Source: Candidatus Poribacteria bacterium
GTDB lineage: Bacteria > Poribacteria > WGA-4E > PCPOR2b
NCBI GenBank assembly: GCA_965116925.1
Contig: OZ220744.1
Span: 4,160,001-4,224,000, forward strand
Direction of reading: 5' to 3'
DNA length: 64,000 nucleotides
The notes beneath the pieces are model-generated. The model saw only the letters and a list, made by a program, of their open reading frames with translations, was not told where the DNA came from and ran no database searches. Within the stretch, counting starts at the first letter, position 1, and each line of letters begins with the position of its first letter. The position numbers were made by a program, and so were the translations under genes. Shown here piece after piece: positions 17,497 to 27,471 of the stretch.

Positions 17497-18618
17497 AACT
17501 AGCCGCCAGCGGATGATCACATAGTCGGTGTTGCCGATGCAGTTGTTCCAAGAATTCACGTCGCCATAGCAGGAGCCGGTCAGCGTCAACATCTCTTCCC
17601 CATCCAGACTGATTGTCGCTGCGTAACCAGCCGCATGACCATGACTGAGGTAATACACCTCATCCTGCCACGTCTCACCGTTGTCATGGCTGACTACCGC
17701 CCTGCCGCTACTCATATTGCGGGGATAGCGATGATCGGTCACCACCACCGCACGATTGCCCGACAAACCAACACCGTATCCGTAGCACTGCCCCAGCACC
17801 GTAGCAAGTTGCCGCGGCGGCGTCCATGTATCGCCCGCGTCGTCCGAATGGGCGACGAATACATGCTTATACGGGAATGTGTGACCGGCAGCGAGCGCAC
17901 CGGTCCGTTCCAACAGATCCGGGGGATCGTCGGACAAACTCGGACGCTGATAACGAATCGCCGCCAACAGTCTGCCCGTAGGCAGTTGTGCGACATTGAC
18001 TTCACAGCACCACTCGCCGAGTACAGAATAGTCTGACCATGTGCGTCCACCGTCTTGCGAACGGTAGATGCGACATACAGCGGGGGTTATCTCAGCTGCC
18101 TCACGGTCCCCAATCCTATCCGCCCCCACTAACACCGGCACGAGCAGCGTACCATCGTCCAGACGGGTCATGCTGAAACCCAACGACAATACATCCGACG
18201 TACCGGGGTCAATCCTTCCAATCAGCCGCCATGTCTCACCTTCATCGTGCGACTCCCACACGGTCGGCGGTGTGCCGTTGACCGTAGGTTTGACGTTTAA
18301 CATGACACCCTCATCGTTGAACGCTATCCGCCAACCGATGCATACATCGGGATCACGCCGAAGATGCTCCCACGTTTTGCCACCGTCGGTGGACCTGTGC
18401 AGCAGCGTGTGTTGGGCAGCATAGATTGTGCCATTCGGTGCCTGCGCCAAGCACAACCGTTGCGTATGTCCTTCAGGATCGCGCGGCAGCCGAATCTTCT
18501 CCACAGAAACCTTCTCTAATTTTTTATCGCGGGCGTGGAGGATATAGTCATTCGCCTGCATCGCTTGCAGTTCATCAGGTTGGATGGATACTCCACCCAT
18601 GTTGTGTGTTGAGAGCAT
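17494..18618 (-). CDS. BNR/Asp-box (sialidase-like) beta-propeller protein, paralogue of 13962..15122
   Basis: STDGGKTW, SHDEGETW, SQDGGRTW, SDDAGDTW, SHDNGETW boxes; shared RYQRP and DEVYYL motifs. Confidence 0.8.
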   Translation of the reverse strand: MLSTHNMGGVSIQPDELQAMQANDYILHARDKKLEKVSVEKIRLPRDPEGHTQRLCLAQAPNGTIYAAQHTLLHRSTDGGKTWEHLRRDPDVCIGWRIAFNDEGVMLNVKPTVNGTPPTVWESHDEGETWRLIGRIDPGTSDVLSLGFSMTRLDDGTLLVPVLVGADRIGDREAAEITPAVCRIYRSQDGGRTWSDYSVLGEWCCEVNVAQLPTGRLLAAIRYQRPSLSDDPPDLLERTGALAAGHTFPYKHVFVAHSDDAGDTWTPPRQLATVLGQCYGYGVGLSGNRAVVVTDHRYPRNMSSGRAVVSHDNGETWQDEVYYLSHGHAAGYAATISLDGEEMLTLTGSCYGDVNSWNNCIGNTDYVIIRWRLV

Positions 18619-18654
18619 AGCATCTCCTTTATTGCGTTCATGAGTTCATTATCC

Positions 18655-18770
18655 GTAGGTTGGGTTGAGCGGTGATCGCGAAACCCAACTCAATGAAAGT
18701 AGTAGGCACACGCCGTGCGCCGTAACCATCTGCGTTAAGGTAGTAGGCATACTCCGTATGCCGTAACCCA
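18655..18770. repeat. Cluster of GTAG REP-like palindromes
   Basis: GTAGGTTGGGTTGAGC...AACCCAAC; GTAGTAGGCACACGCCGTGCGCCGT; GTAGTAGGCATACTCCGTATGCCGT. Confidence 0.65.
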
Positions 18771-18776
18771 ACGATG

Positions 18777-19106
18777 CTATTGGCTAAACTGCTGTGCAAC
18801 AAAGACCAGATCCAAGATGTTGACCACCCCATCACCATTAGGGTCTGGAGAGGATTTACCAAGGCTGTTGGAAACCTGAACCAAATCTAAAATATTGACG
18901 ACACCATCATTATTTACATCAGCGAAACTTCGGGTCGCGATATAGATTTCACCATCAAGGTCGGGAAGCAGGTGAGTCAGGGACGCAGCGGTGCTTCCCC
19001 TATCAGATACGGAGGTCGCAGATGACGGCAATGTGATTGTTTGGGCTTGACCACTCCGGTTATAGACCGTCCAGCCGTTGGTGAGCTCGCGGATATACAA
19101 CCCCAG
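18777..19106 (-). pseudogene. 3' remnant of a large protein ending in a dockerin-like (duplicated DxNxDGxVNILDL) domain
   Basis: ADVNNDGVVNILDLV...DPNGDGVVNILDLV; no ATG, RBS or signal peptide; only ~80 bp to the upstream gene. Confidence 0.6.
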
Positions 19107-19187
19107 AACCGAAAAATATTCATAGCTTTCCTTTCATTAAAAACGAAAAGCGGAAAACACCTTCTCTCAATTTGACCCCCTACCAAC

Positions 19188-19961
19188 TCACCCCTTCTGG
19201 GCAGCCAACCACTCCTCATACTCCTTCCTACCTTCATCGTTGAACGGATAATACTTCCGCAGATCTCCGCCCTCCTGTAACTTCATTCGGACAAAGACCT
19301 CATGCTCCTCACGCTCACCGGCGATGTCGAGGATACGCGGTATCAGCCGAGGCGGTACAACAATCGCACCGCCGTCGTCCGCCATGATGATGTCACCGGG
19401 GTTGACCAAAACCTTCCCACAACCGATAGGGAGATTGAAATCAGCGGGAAAGAGGTTCATGTGCCCTGCCCCACCGGTGGTCACAGCGGTCGACCAAACC
19501 GGCACCTTCAGTTCTTGGAAGATCGGCACAGAATCCCGGATGCCGGCATCAATGACAACACCAGCCCCACCCTGCGCTTGGAAATAGGTCATCAACATCT
19601 CTCCGAAGCAGCCTGTGGCGAGGTCACCCCTGCCGTCAACCACGATCACATCGCCAGCCTGTACTTCAAACATCACCTCCCACAGGGCGGAGGTTTTCTC
19701 ACCGGCTTCCTCACCTTCAGGTTCCGATTCTTCGGCGGAGGCACCCGGTATCTGGTAGCCTCGCATCTGATCTTCGCGCTGCGGTGTGAAGCGGAGTGTC
19801 AGTGCGGGTCCGACAATTTTACTCCCGGGCACACGGGCGATGGGCCCCTCCATAAAGGTTCGGCGCACACCCAACGCTTCCATGGTGGAGGTCACGGCAT
19901 CGGTTCCCAACTCATATAACGCCTCAATAATTTCAGGTGTGGGTCGTTTGATAGTGGACAT
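19188..19961 (-). CDS. RraA-like / HMG aldolase family protein
   Basis: VGPALTLRF, GDVIVVD, GCFGEML, GVVIDAGIRD, VNPGDIIMADDGGAIVVP. Confidence 0.85.
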   Translation of the reverse strand: MSTIKRPTPEIIEALYELGTDAVTSTMEALGVRRTFMEGPIARVPGSKIVGPALTLRFTPQREDQMRGYQIPGASAEESEPEGEEAGEKTSALWEVMFEVQAGDVIVVDGRGDLATGCFGEMLMTYFQAQGGAGVVIDAGIRDSVPIFQELKVPVWSTAVTTGGAGHMNLFPADFNLPIGCGKVLVNPGDIIMADDGGAIVVPPRLIPRILDIAGEREEHEVFVRMKLQEGGDLRKYYPFNDEGRKEYEEWLAAQKG

Positions 19962-20188
19962 ATTTTATACTCCTATGACTTTGCTCACGGATTGATGGAT
20001 TTTCCTCGCTTACTTTGGAAATATGCAACAGTCATTTTACCCCTTTGTTGCAGTAGGGTCAACAGCAAAAATCCCCGCGAAAAAGTAATTGCTTGTTCAA
20101 CAAGCAGTGGCAAAAATTCTGCTTTTCGATCTCTTTTTTGCCCCACTCCTGTTACAATATTTGTTGGACTGATAGGAACTCAAGTTGT

Positions 20189-20505
20189 TAGGGCGTGTTG
20201 ACATTTTGATACTGCTCATTCGGCAAACGCTGTAAGCATTAGGCAATCTGCCATAAGTAGCGTCCCGACGCGTCGGGATTAGTTTGCAGGCTAGGATCAC
20301 AATCTAACAGATCGTGGTACAAAAGAGCACTTTTACGAAACAGCTTTTTGAACAGGAAACGTCCCGGTGAAAAACGGAGTTGGGTTTCACTCTATCTGTC
20401 TATAGGCAAGTGTTGTTGGACGACGGAGGCTCTATTGGACTCAATAGGGATTGACGATTAACCGTTCAACCCAACCTACGGACTAGTAAATGTCAACAGA
20501 ACCTA
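20189..20505. mobile_element. MITE with TAGGGCGTGTTGACATTT-type ends
   Basis: Inverted ends TAGGGCGTGTTGACATTT/AAATGTCAACAGAACCTA; shares GGATCACAATCTAACAGATCGTGGTACAAAAG with the 105-bp array unit. Confidence 0.65.
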
Positions 20506-20620
20506 GTACACTGTCAGGCAAATTATGATTGTCTATATAGATTGAGACTCATAATACTTCGTAGGGGTCGGGTCACCCGACCCCCTTGTTGATATGCAAA
20601 ACTTATATGACTGAGTACTA
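20504..20620. mobile_element. Small MITE around a GTAG REP
   Basis: Ends TAGTACACTGTCA/TGACTGAGTACTA; internal GTAGGGGTCGGGTCACCCGACCCC. Confidence 0.55.
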
Positions 20621-20773
20621 GTTGAAAAACACCGTTAAGAAATCCTCGGAATTTCATAGTTTTCATAGTTTTCTGAAAAGTTTGATAAAGTTGAAAAAGT
20701 GGGAAACCCGCGCTATGAGTGGCTTCTGGGCAAATTATACAGGAAGGCTACTCAGACCTACTATGAAATTCAC

Positions 20774-20821
20774 CAACTTCTTAGCAGTGGAAACCCCGTC
20801 CTTTAGGGCGGGGTAACTGAC
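20774..20821. mobile_element. 48-bp fused-end remnant of the IS200/IS605 element family seen at 1432-1823
   Basis: 5' part matches one end of the 1432-1823 element (read on the minus strand) and 3' part matches the other, sharing a single hairpin; preceded by TTCAC versus TTCAT. Confidence 0.65.
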
Positions 20822-20898
20822 GTTGTTTTCTATCTCTGATACTTGGCTGACTAAAGTAGCCCCTTGTGTGATGGTACATAACCGACGGTTGTATAGGG

Positions 20899-21061
20899 TA
20901 GGAGTTACGCAGTTGAATGCTCAACGTTTTGTAGTTCGGCGATTTATCGCCTCTGCACACTCGTCCCAACGCCCGATGAATCGGGTAACTACAACAGAGA
21001 TTCCATAAGGGGTTCGTAGGGAACGCAGATCTGCGTTCCCTACTGAAGTGCGTAAGTCCTA
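20899..21061. repeat. MITE-like REP-bearing element, near-copy of 8853-9015
   Basis: TAGGAGTTACGCA...TGCGTAAGTCCTA with the same internal palindromes. Confidence 0.75.
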
Positions 21062-21364
21062 TAGGGTCCATCAATCTAATGAACGGTTGAACCAATAGTA
21101 GATTGAGTTATAATCCCAATCCGCAATCAACAATAAGAATCCCAACGATAAGATGAAAGTGTAATTGTTTGTAACTGTTTGTAATACGATTGGCAATCTA
21201 TGACAAAACGTTTCACCCTGAAATAGGGACAATTTTCCCATTTGCGCGGGAAAAATGGGAAAATTTCATCTTCAAACCATACAGGTTGAATCAATTGTAG
21301 GTCGAGATTCATATCTCGACATCCAAACTGACGGCATCAGCCAAAATCAACAAGGAGGATATTT

Positions 21365-22834
21365 ATGGTATCTCTCACTTCCGCAATGCTTACACTATCA
21401 AGAGACGCAATGACACAAGCGGTTTCACCCATCGACATCGGCAATCGGCTGGAACTGTTCGTTGACAATTATCTGATTGATGAAATAGCTGGTGCAACGC
21501 AACGGTTACACCACCCGCAACCGCAAGAGGTCGCCTGTGTTCATGATAATCCGTGGGAGGGTAGCACCTGCGGCTATAAAACTGTGTTTCAGGATGGTGA
21601 TCTCTACCGGATGTATTACCGGGGGAGCCATGTCATTTATACAACAGAAGGCTTTGACAATGACCACCACCCGCAGGTGGTCTGCTACGCCGAGAGCCGC
21701 GATGGAATACACTGGACCAAACCGGAACTCGGCTTGGTTGAGTTTGATGGCGGAAAGCAGAACAACATTATCTGGGAGGGGGTTGGATCACACAACTTCG
21801 CACCTTTCAAGGACGAGAATCCGGATTGCAAGCCGGACGAGAGGTACAAGGCACTCGGCTCAGGTGACCGCAGTTTGTATGCGTTCAAGTCCGCCGATGG
21901 CATCCACTGGTCACTCATGAGCGATGAACCTGTAATCACCAAAGGTGCGTTTGACTCACAGAACCTCGCCTTTTGGGATGCGGTGCGTGGCGAATACCGT
22001 GAATACCATCGAGACTTTCGTGAGGGACGCGACATCCGCACAGGGACATCGAAAGATTTCCTCAACTGGTCTGATCCTGAATGGTTAGACTATTCACCCG
22101 ACCGAGTCAGCGAACTGTACACAAATCAGATTATCCCATACTACCGCGCCCCGCATATCTTCCTCGGCTTTCCAACCCGATATACCGATCGGGGGTGGAC
22201 GGAATCGACGAAAGCCTTGCCAGAGCTTGAGTATCGCCGCCTTCGAGGCTATGTGTCCGAGCGCGAGGGGACAGCTGTGACGGATGGGATGTTCATGAGC
22301 AGCCGTGATGGGAATCATTTCAACGTTTGGCCCGAATCGTTTATCCGTCCCGGCTTGCGGTTGAGAGGTAACTGGTTCTACGGTGACAACTATCAGAATT
22401 GGGGATTGGTCGAGACAGAATCGCACATTGACGGCGCGCCCGACGAGATTTCCATCTATGCGAGTGAAGATTCGCATCAGGGTGACGATTGTCGCTGGCG
22501 GCGTTATACAATCCGAATTGATGGGTTTGTCTCAATGCAGGGTCCGTTGAGCGGCGGGGAATTTGTAACAAAGCCGCTGACCTTCAAAGGAGATCAGCTC
22601 GCCATTAACTTCTCAACCTCTGGGGTAGGCAGTATTCAGGTCGAAATTCAAGATATGTCCGGCAACGCCCTCCCCGGCTTTGGATTGGACGATTGTCCGG
22701 AGGTATTCGGTGATGACCTCGAACGGACAGTAACGTGGAGGAATGGTACGGATGTGAGTCGGCTTTCAGGGCAGCCCGTCCGTCTGCGATTCCTGTTAAA
22801 GGATGCAGACCTCTATTCAATTCGATTCAGTTAG
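21365..22834 (+). CDS. Five-bladed beta-propeller glycosidase-like protein (GH32/43-like), function unknown
   Basis: RLELFVDNYLI, YRMYY, YAESRDGIHWTKPELG, SADGIHW, RIDGFVS motifs; AAGGAGG RBS. Confidence 0.65.
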   Translation: MVSLTSAMLTLSRDAMTQAVSPIDIGNRLELFVDNYLIDEIAGATQRLHHPQPQEVACVHDNPWEGSTCGYKTVFQDGDLYRMYYRGSHVIYTTEGFDNDHHPQVVCYAESRDGIHWTKPELGLVEFDGGKQNNIIWEGVGSHNFAPFKDENPDCKPDERYKALGSGDRSLYAFKSADGIHWSLMSDEPVITKGAFDSQNLAFWDAVRGEYREYHRDFREGRDIRTGTSKDFLNWSDPEWLDYSPDRVSELYTNQIIPYYRAPHIFLGFPTRYTDRGWTESTKALPELEYRRLRGYVSEREGTAVTDGMFMSSRDGNHFNVWPESFIRPGLRLRGNWFYGDNYQNWGLVETESHIDGAPDEISIYASEDSHQGDDCRWRRYTIRIDGFVSMQGPLSGGEFVTKPLTFKGDQLAINFSTSGVGSIQVEIQDMSGNALPGFGLDDCPEVFGDDLERTVTWRNGTDVSRLSGQPVRLRFLLKDADLYSIRFS

Positions 22835-22854
22835 AGTTATAGATGCCAAAATAG

Positions 22855-22887
22855 AGAAACCGAGTTTTTGACAAAAACTCGGTTTCT
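22855..22887. repeat. Palindromic repeat / bidirectional terminator-like hairpin
   Basis: AGAAACCGAGTTTTTGACAAAAACTCGGTTTCT; near-copy at ~39906-39940. Confidence 0.6.
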
Positions 22888-23037
22888 ATGCTTATGCTTA
22901 CCGATGATCGCTGTTGTAGGCTGGGTTGAACACAAGCCGTGAAACCCAGCACTATACTAATCATCGGCGTAACCACCCTTGCTCCAGAGGATCGATATGT
23001 CTATAGAATCGAGGTGCAGCCAATGACTGCACTCCAG

Positions 23038-23154
23038 ATGAAAATTAAAAAAATAATGCGGTAATTTGCTAGCGACACCGGCGCGGGGGAAAACCGCGCC
23101 TACCGTATGTTTCGAGGAAAATCGGGATTACCGATTTAAATACTTAAACTTCAT
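23038..23154. mobile_element. 117-bp element (ATGAAAATT...AAACTTCAT) inserted in the loop of another palindrome
   Basis: Near-identical to 13334-13450 and (inverted) 27298-27414; flanks GCACTCCAG/GAGGAGTGC form a hairpin. Confidence 0.75.
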
Positions 23155-23238
23155 GAGGAGTGCAATGTGTATAGCAATCCCGAAACTGCGCGTCCAAGCC
23201 CCGGAGGGGCGACAGGTGGCAACTTGCGTTACAATAGC

Positions 23239-24261
23239 TTAAGGAGTAGGTGCGTCTTCGCGCAGCAGCCCCTCTGCCTTCAGTTCACTCCACAGATCCG
23301 CGGGGATAGGGTGTTCAAATATTTCAACATTTGATTGAACGTGCTCTGGCATGAGTCCCCCCGGAATCGCTGCGGCGACGATTGGATGCGCTAACGGGAA
23401 CTGTAATGCCGCTGCCCGTAGCGGTACATTGTGTCGGTCACAGACCGCTTGGATGCGCCGCGTTTTTTCTAATACTTCAGGGGGTGCTGGGGCATAGGCG
23501 TAATACGCATTCTCCGTAGCACCTGTCGCCAGAATGCCGGAGGCAAACACCGCACCAATCACCACACCGACACCGCGTTCCTCGCACTGTGGAAACTCAG
23601 CGTCCAAGACATCCTGATCCAGCAGTGTATACGGCATCGCAACGATAAAGAAATCGAGGTCCACCATCTCCAAAAAGCGTGGGATTGTGCCCATCTGATT
23701 CACGCCAGCCCCTATCCCTTTTATCTGCCCACTGGAACGAAGTTCCTCAAGTGCGCGCCAACCGCTGGTGCCGAGCTGCACCATGTGAGCGTTGATCCGC
23801 GTGTCGTTCACGTGAAACATGTGATCGAGATCGTGGATGAGCAGGAGATCGATAGAGTTCAAGCTGAGCCGCTGGAGACTGTCTTCAAAAGAGCGCATCA
23901 CCCCGTCGTAGCTATAGTCAAAATAAAGATCGAAGGGCAATCCTCCCGCCCACATCCCTTTGTCAAAATTATCGGGGTCCCGCGTCGCCCGCAGCACACG
24001 CCCAATTTTTGTAGAAAGCACAAAATCCTGACGTGGCTGTTGACGGAGAAAATGTCCGAAACGATGCTCACTTTTCCCATAGCCGTAAAACGGTGCCGTG
24101 TCAAAGTAGCGCAAGCCGGCATCCCATGCCGCTTGCAGCGTCGCTTGCGCTTGCGTTTCGCTGAGAATCTCAAAGAGATCTCCGAGTGGTGCCCCGCCAA
24201 AACCCAAGTTAGTTAAGGCAACCCCTGTATTTCCCAAGTTGCTTGTTGCTATATTACCCAT
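23239..24261 (-). CDS. Aldo/keto reductase (D-threo-aldose dehydrogenase-like)
   Basis: LGFGGAPLG, YFDTAPFYGYG, LSTKIGR, DYSYDGVMRSFEDSLQRL, LIHD. Confidence 0.9.
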   Translation of the reverse strand: MGNIATSNLGNTGVALTNLGFGGAPLGDLFEILSETQAQATLQAAWDAGLRYFDTAPFYGYGKSEHRFGHFLRQQPRQDFVLSTKIGRVLRATRDPDNFDKGMWAGGLPFDLYFDYSYDGVMRSFEDSLQRLSLNSIDLLLIHDLDHMFHVNDTRINAHMVQLGTSGWRALEELRSSGQIKGIGAGVNQMGTIPRFLEMVDLDFFIVAMPYTLLDQDVLDAEFPQCEERGVGVVIGAVFASGILATGATENAYYAYAPAPPEVLEKTRRIQAVCDRHNVPLRAAALQFPLAHPIVAAAIPGGLMPEHVQSNVEIFEHPIPADLWSELKAEGLLREDAPTP

Positions 24262-24401
24262 TAACGTGCCTCCAAGCTGAATTGGTATTTGTTGTCAATG
24301 AAATGATGGTAAATTCATGTATTAGATACCAATAATTTTCTCACAACCCTCACCAGATTTCAAGCATTTTTTGATTTAAGCGACTCCTTGCAGGAATGAG
24401 A

Positions 24402-25124
24402 TCAAAGATCCGCATCAAAACGATAAACCGGTTCCCAACCCAGCATCCTCTCTGTCCGTGCCGTATCTCCTTTTTTATAACCGCCCGGTGTGGCAAAGAT
24501 ATAAAAACAATCGTAGCCAATATCCGGTGCCTCTAGAGCGCGTTTTAACGCGGACGCAACATCTCGTCTATCAATCGAGCCATAATAGAAGCCGTTGACA
24601 GGATGACCATCAGTCGTCACCATTTCATCTGAATCAATGATGCCCCACGGTCGGATACACGCGATAGAAAGACCGTGTTGTTCATGATAATTCCGGGCGA
24701 GTTCTTCTTGCACTAGCTTAGAAAGATCATAGGAGCTAGCGGCTTTGAGCGGATATAGATCATGCGTGAGGAAAGTATCCTCCGGATAGCCACCATGGAC
24801 CGCCCCGCTAGAGGTATGGACAAATCGCTGGCTTTCGCATACACGGGCAGCTTCAAGAAGATTAAACATACCCCGCACATTAATATCAAAGCCGGGACCG
24901 TCCATGCCATAGCTCCCATTGGGTGCCATAATCGTATTCACAACCGCATCGTGGTCCGCCATTACAGCTTCGAGCGTTGTATAATCAAGCACATCCCCTT
25001 GAACGGTGTTATCGTAGCCCTCCACCGGGCGAATATCGAAGGCCGTTACTTCATAGTCTTGGCTCAAGATATCGACTGCAGCACGTCCCACAAAGCCGGC
25101 TGCGCCTGTCAACAGTATTTTCAT
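24402..25124 (-). CDS. NAD-dependent epimerase/dehydratase
   Basis: MKILLTGAAGFVG, YDLSK (YxxxK). Confidence 0.85.
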   Translation of the reverse strand: MKILLTGAAGFVGRAAVDILSQDYEVTAFDIRPVEGYDNTVQGDVLDYTTLEAVMADHDAVVNTIMAPNGSYGMDGPGFDINVRGMFNLLEAARVCESQRFVHTSSGAVHGGYPEDTFLTHDLYPLKAASSYDLSKLVQEELARNYHEQHGLSIACIRPWGIIDSDEMVTTDGHPVNGFYYGSIDRRDVASALKRALEAPDIGYDCFYIFATPGGYKKGDTARTERMLGWEPVYRFDADL

Positions 25125-25446
25125 AGTTGTAATACCCTCGGTTTATACGTTCAATTGTTGATGAGAAAATATAGTGTCTGTTCAGGTGCTACATGTTTCA
25201 AGTTTGCCTAACAAATTATTGTTCATAACCCCTCGACTTGTCAAGGAGTTCACCAGCGAGATTGTTGAGAGACATAATTTTTCCGTTGACGCTACACCGA
25301 AGCATCTGTATGATAAATGCTTTGAGGTGAAGACCTCGCGAATCTATGGCGTAGGGGAAAGCAATCAAAAAAGAAAGTTCAAAGCACGGAGAGAAATCGT
25401 TTCTTAACGTGAATAAAAAAATCAAATCAGAGGAAGTATAGCAATA

Positions 25447-26253
25447 ATGGAAAACAGCGGAACGCGGTTAGCAGGCAAAGTCGCCATTGTCACCGGAGCG
25501 GGAAGTCGCACCTCGATAGATGGCGTTGGACGAGCGACATCAATTCTCTTTACTCGGCAGGGTGCCAAGGTCTTGCTGGTAGACCGAAATCTCTCAAATG
25601 CGGAGAAAACCCTTGCTGTTATTGAGGAGGAAGGCGGGGAGGCGTCAATTTTCGTCGGCGATGTTTCCCAAAACGATGACTGTCAAGCGATGGTTGAAGC
25701 AGCCGTTGAGAGATACGGTGAGCTGCATATCCTATTTAATAGTGCCGCCATCGGTGGTGCAGGGACGGTTGTTGATGTAGATCCTGATGTCTGGGATGAC
25801 GTGATGGCGGTTAATCTCAAAGGTATGATGCTGGCATCTAAGCACGCTATCCCCAAGATGATTGAGGCAGGTGGTGGCTCAATTATCAATATCGCTTCAA
25901 TTGATGGACTGCGCGCAAATATCTGGCGCAACATCCCCTATGCGGTATCGAAAGGTGGTGCGGTCTCCTTAACGCGCAATATGGCGGTACATCATGGGCG
26001 GGATAACATTCGAGTCAACTGCATCGCACCGGGTCACATTTACGCCCCAATGACGACCACCATTTCCGATGAATTACGCGATCTCCGCCGTCGGTCGGGC
26101 CCGTTGGGAACAGAAGGCACCGCTTGGGACATCGCATGGGCAGGGCTATTCCTCGCTAGCGATGAGTCCCGCTGGATTTCCGGCGTGCTGCTTCCCATTG
26201 ATGCGGGTCTGCTCGCAACAACGCCACTGGCGATGTTATCCCATTTGCAGTGA
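25447..26253 (+). CDS. Short-chain dehydrogenase/reductase
   Basis: KVAIVTGAG, YAVSK, IRVNCIAPG. Confidence 0.9.
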   Translation: MENSGTRLAGKVAIVTGAGSRTSIDGVGRATSILFTRQGAKVLLVDRNLSNAEKTLAVIEEEGGEASIFVGDVSQNDDCQAMVEAAVERYGELHILFNSAAIGGAGTVVDVDPDVWDDVMAVNLKGMMLASKHAIPKMIEAGGGSIINIASIDGLRANIWRNIPYAVSKGGAVSLTRNMAVHHGRDNIRVNCIAPGHIYAPMTTTISDELRDLRRRSGPLGTEGTAWDIAWAGLFLASDESRWISGVLLPIDAGLLATTPLAMLSHLQ

Positions 26254-26287
26254 CGATCGCCTCCTGCGAGGGAAAGATTTTAGCAAT

Positions 26288-27088
26288 ATGCAAGGAATCA
26301 ATCAGTTGTTTGGTCATTCCAAACCGATCATCGGCGTAATCCATCTACTCTCACTGATCGGCAGCCCCCAATCAACCCAACCCTTCCATGAAATTCGCAC
26401 CCGTGCGCTTTCAGATGCGGGGGTTTTGATTGATAATGGAATTGATGGGGTTATCATCGAAAACTATGGCGATGTGCCCTTCCAGCCGGATAACGTCGAA
26501 CCCCATACCGTTGCAGCACTAGCGATCGTCACGGACGAAATTCGAGGACACCATCCCCAGACACCAATCGGACTCAACGTCCTGCGCAACGACGCAAAAT
26601 CGGCAATAGCAATCGCAACGGTCGCGGGCGCGAATTTTATCCGTGTGAACATTCACACCGGCGCAATGCTCACCGACCAAGGTATTATTCAAGGAAAGGC
26701 GCACGAGACTTTGCGCTACCGATCTACCCTCAAAAGCGAGGTTAAAATTTTCGCCGACATTGCTGTGAAGCATGCGACGCCACTGGCACCGATCGATATC
26801 CTCGCTAGTGCGGAGGATACCTATCATCGCGGACTTGCGGACGCCCTGATTGTTACAGGCATAGCAACGGGCAAAAGCACCGATCTCGATCAGGTAAAAT
26901 CCGTGAAATCGGCAGTTCCTCAAGCCAGTGTGTTCGTTGGCAGCGGTGTGACAATCGATAACCTTCCTGAAGTCTTGCAGTATGCGGATGGCGTTATTGT
27001 CGGCACCTCAATCAAGCGCGACGGTGTTACGACAAACACGGTTGATGCAGATCGTGTGCGTACACTGATCAAGGCACGTGAGGGATGA
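26288..27088 (+). CDS. btpA: BtpA/SgcQ family TIM-barrel protein
   Basis: KPIIGVIHL, IENYGDVPF, GLNVLRND, IFADIAVKH, ADGVIVGT; start set at MQGINQ after the SDR stop. Confidence 0.85.
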   Translation: MQGINQLFGHSKPIIGVIHLLSLIGSPQSTQPFHEIRTRALSDAGVLIDNGIDGVIIENYGDVPFQPDNVEPHTVAALAIVTDEIRGHHPQTPIGLNVLRNDAKSAIAIATVAGANFIRVNIHTGAMLTDQGIIQGKAHETLRYRSTLKSEVKIFADIAVKHATPLAPIDILASAEDTYHRGLADALIVTGIATGKSTDLDQVKSVKSAVPQASVFVGSGVTIDNLPEVLQYADGVIVGTSIKRDGVTTNTVDADRVRTLIKAREG

Positions 27089-27110
27089 ATACTCCACAGC
27101 CAGATGGAAC

Positions 27111-27247
27111 TATGGTAGATTTTAGAATTACTTAGACACTCCCAATACACGCCAACCCCCTAAATCCCCCTTATCAGGGGGACTTTGGAAACCTCGTAAT
27201 GGTCAGAGTTATTGGTATATGTCTACTGATTTCTCTAATTCACCATA
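27111..27247. mobile_element. Correia-like MITE (TATGGT ends) with CCCCCTAAATCCCCC...GGGGGACTTT hairpin
   Basis: TATGGTAGATTTTAGAATTA...AATTCACCATA; relative at 57200-57360. Confidence 0.65.
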
Positions 27248-27249
27248 TT

Positions 27250-27470
27250 TATAGTAGATTTTAGAATTAATGGGACACGCCAAACCGGTGCGGTTACATG
27301 AAGTTTAAGTATTTAAATCGGTAATCCCGATTTTCCTCGAAACATACGGTAGGCGCGGGGGAAAACCGCGCCGGCGTCGCTAGCAAATTACCGAACTGTT
27401 TTTTTTATTTTCATGTAACCGCACCTACCGGGGGGACGCAAGTGTTTCTTTATTTTTTGAATTCACTATA
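27250..27470. mobile_element. Correia-like MITE with inverted nested 117-bp element (27298-27414)
   Basis: Outer sequence matches 13286-13506 and 55961-56063. Confidence 0.75.
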
Positions 27471-27471
27471 A

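Noticed and set aside
19992..21312. Short ORFs in the 20-21.3 kb intergenic region
   Set aside because: The region is largely stacked MITE/REP elements; the ORFs look incidental.
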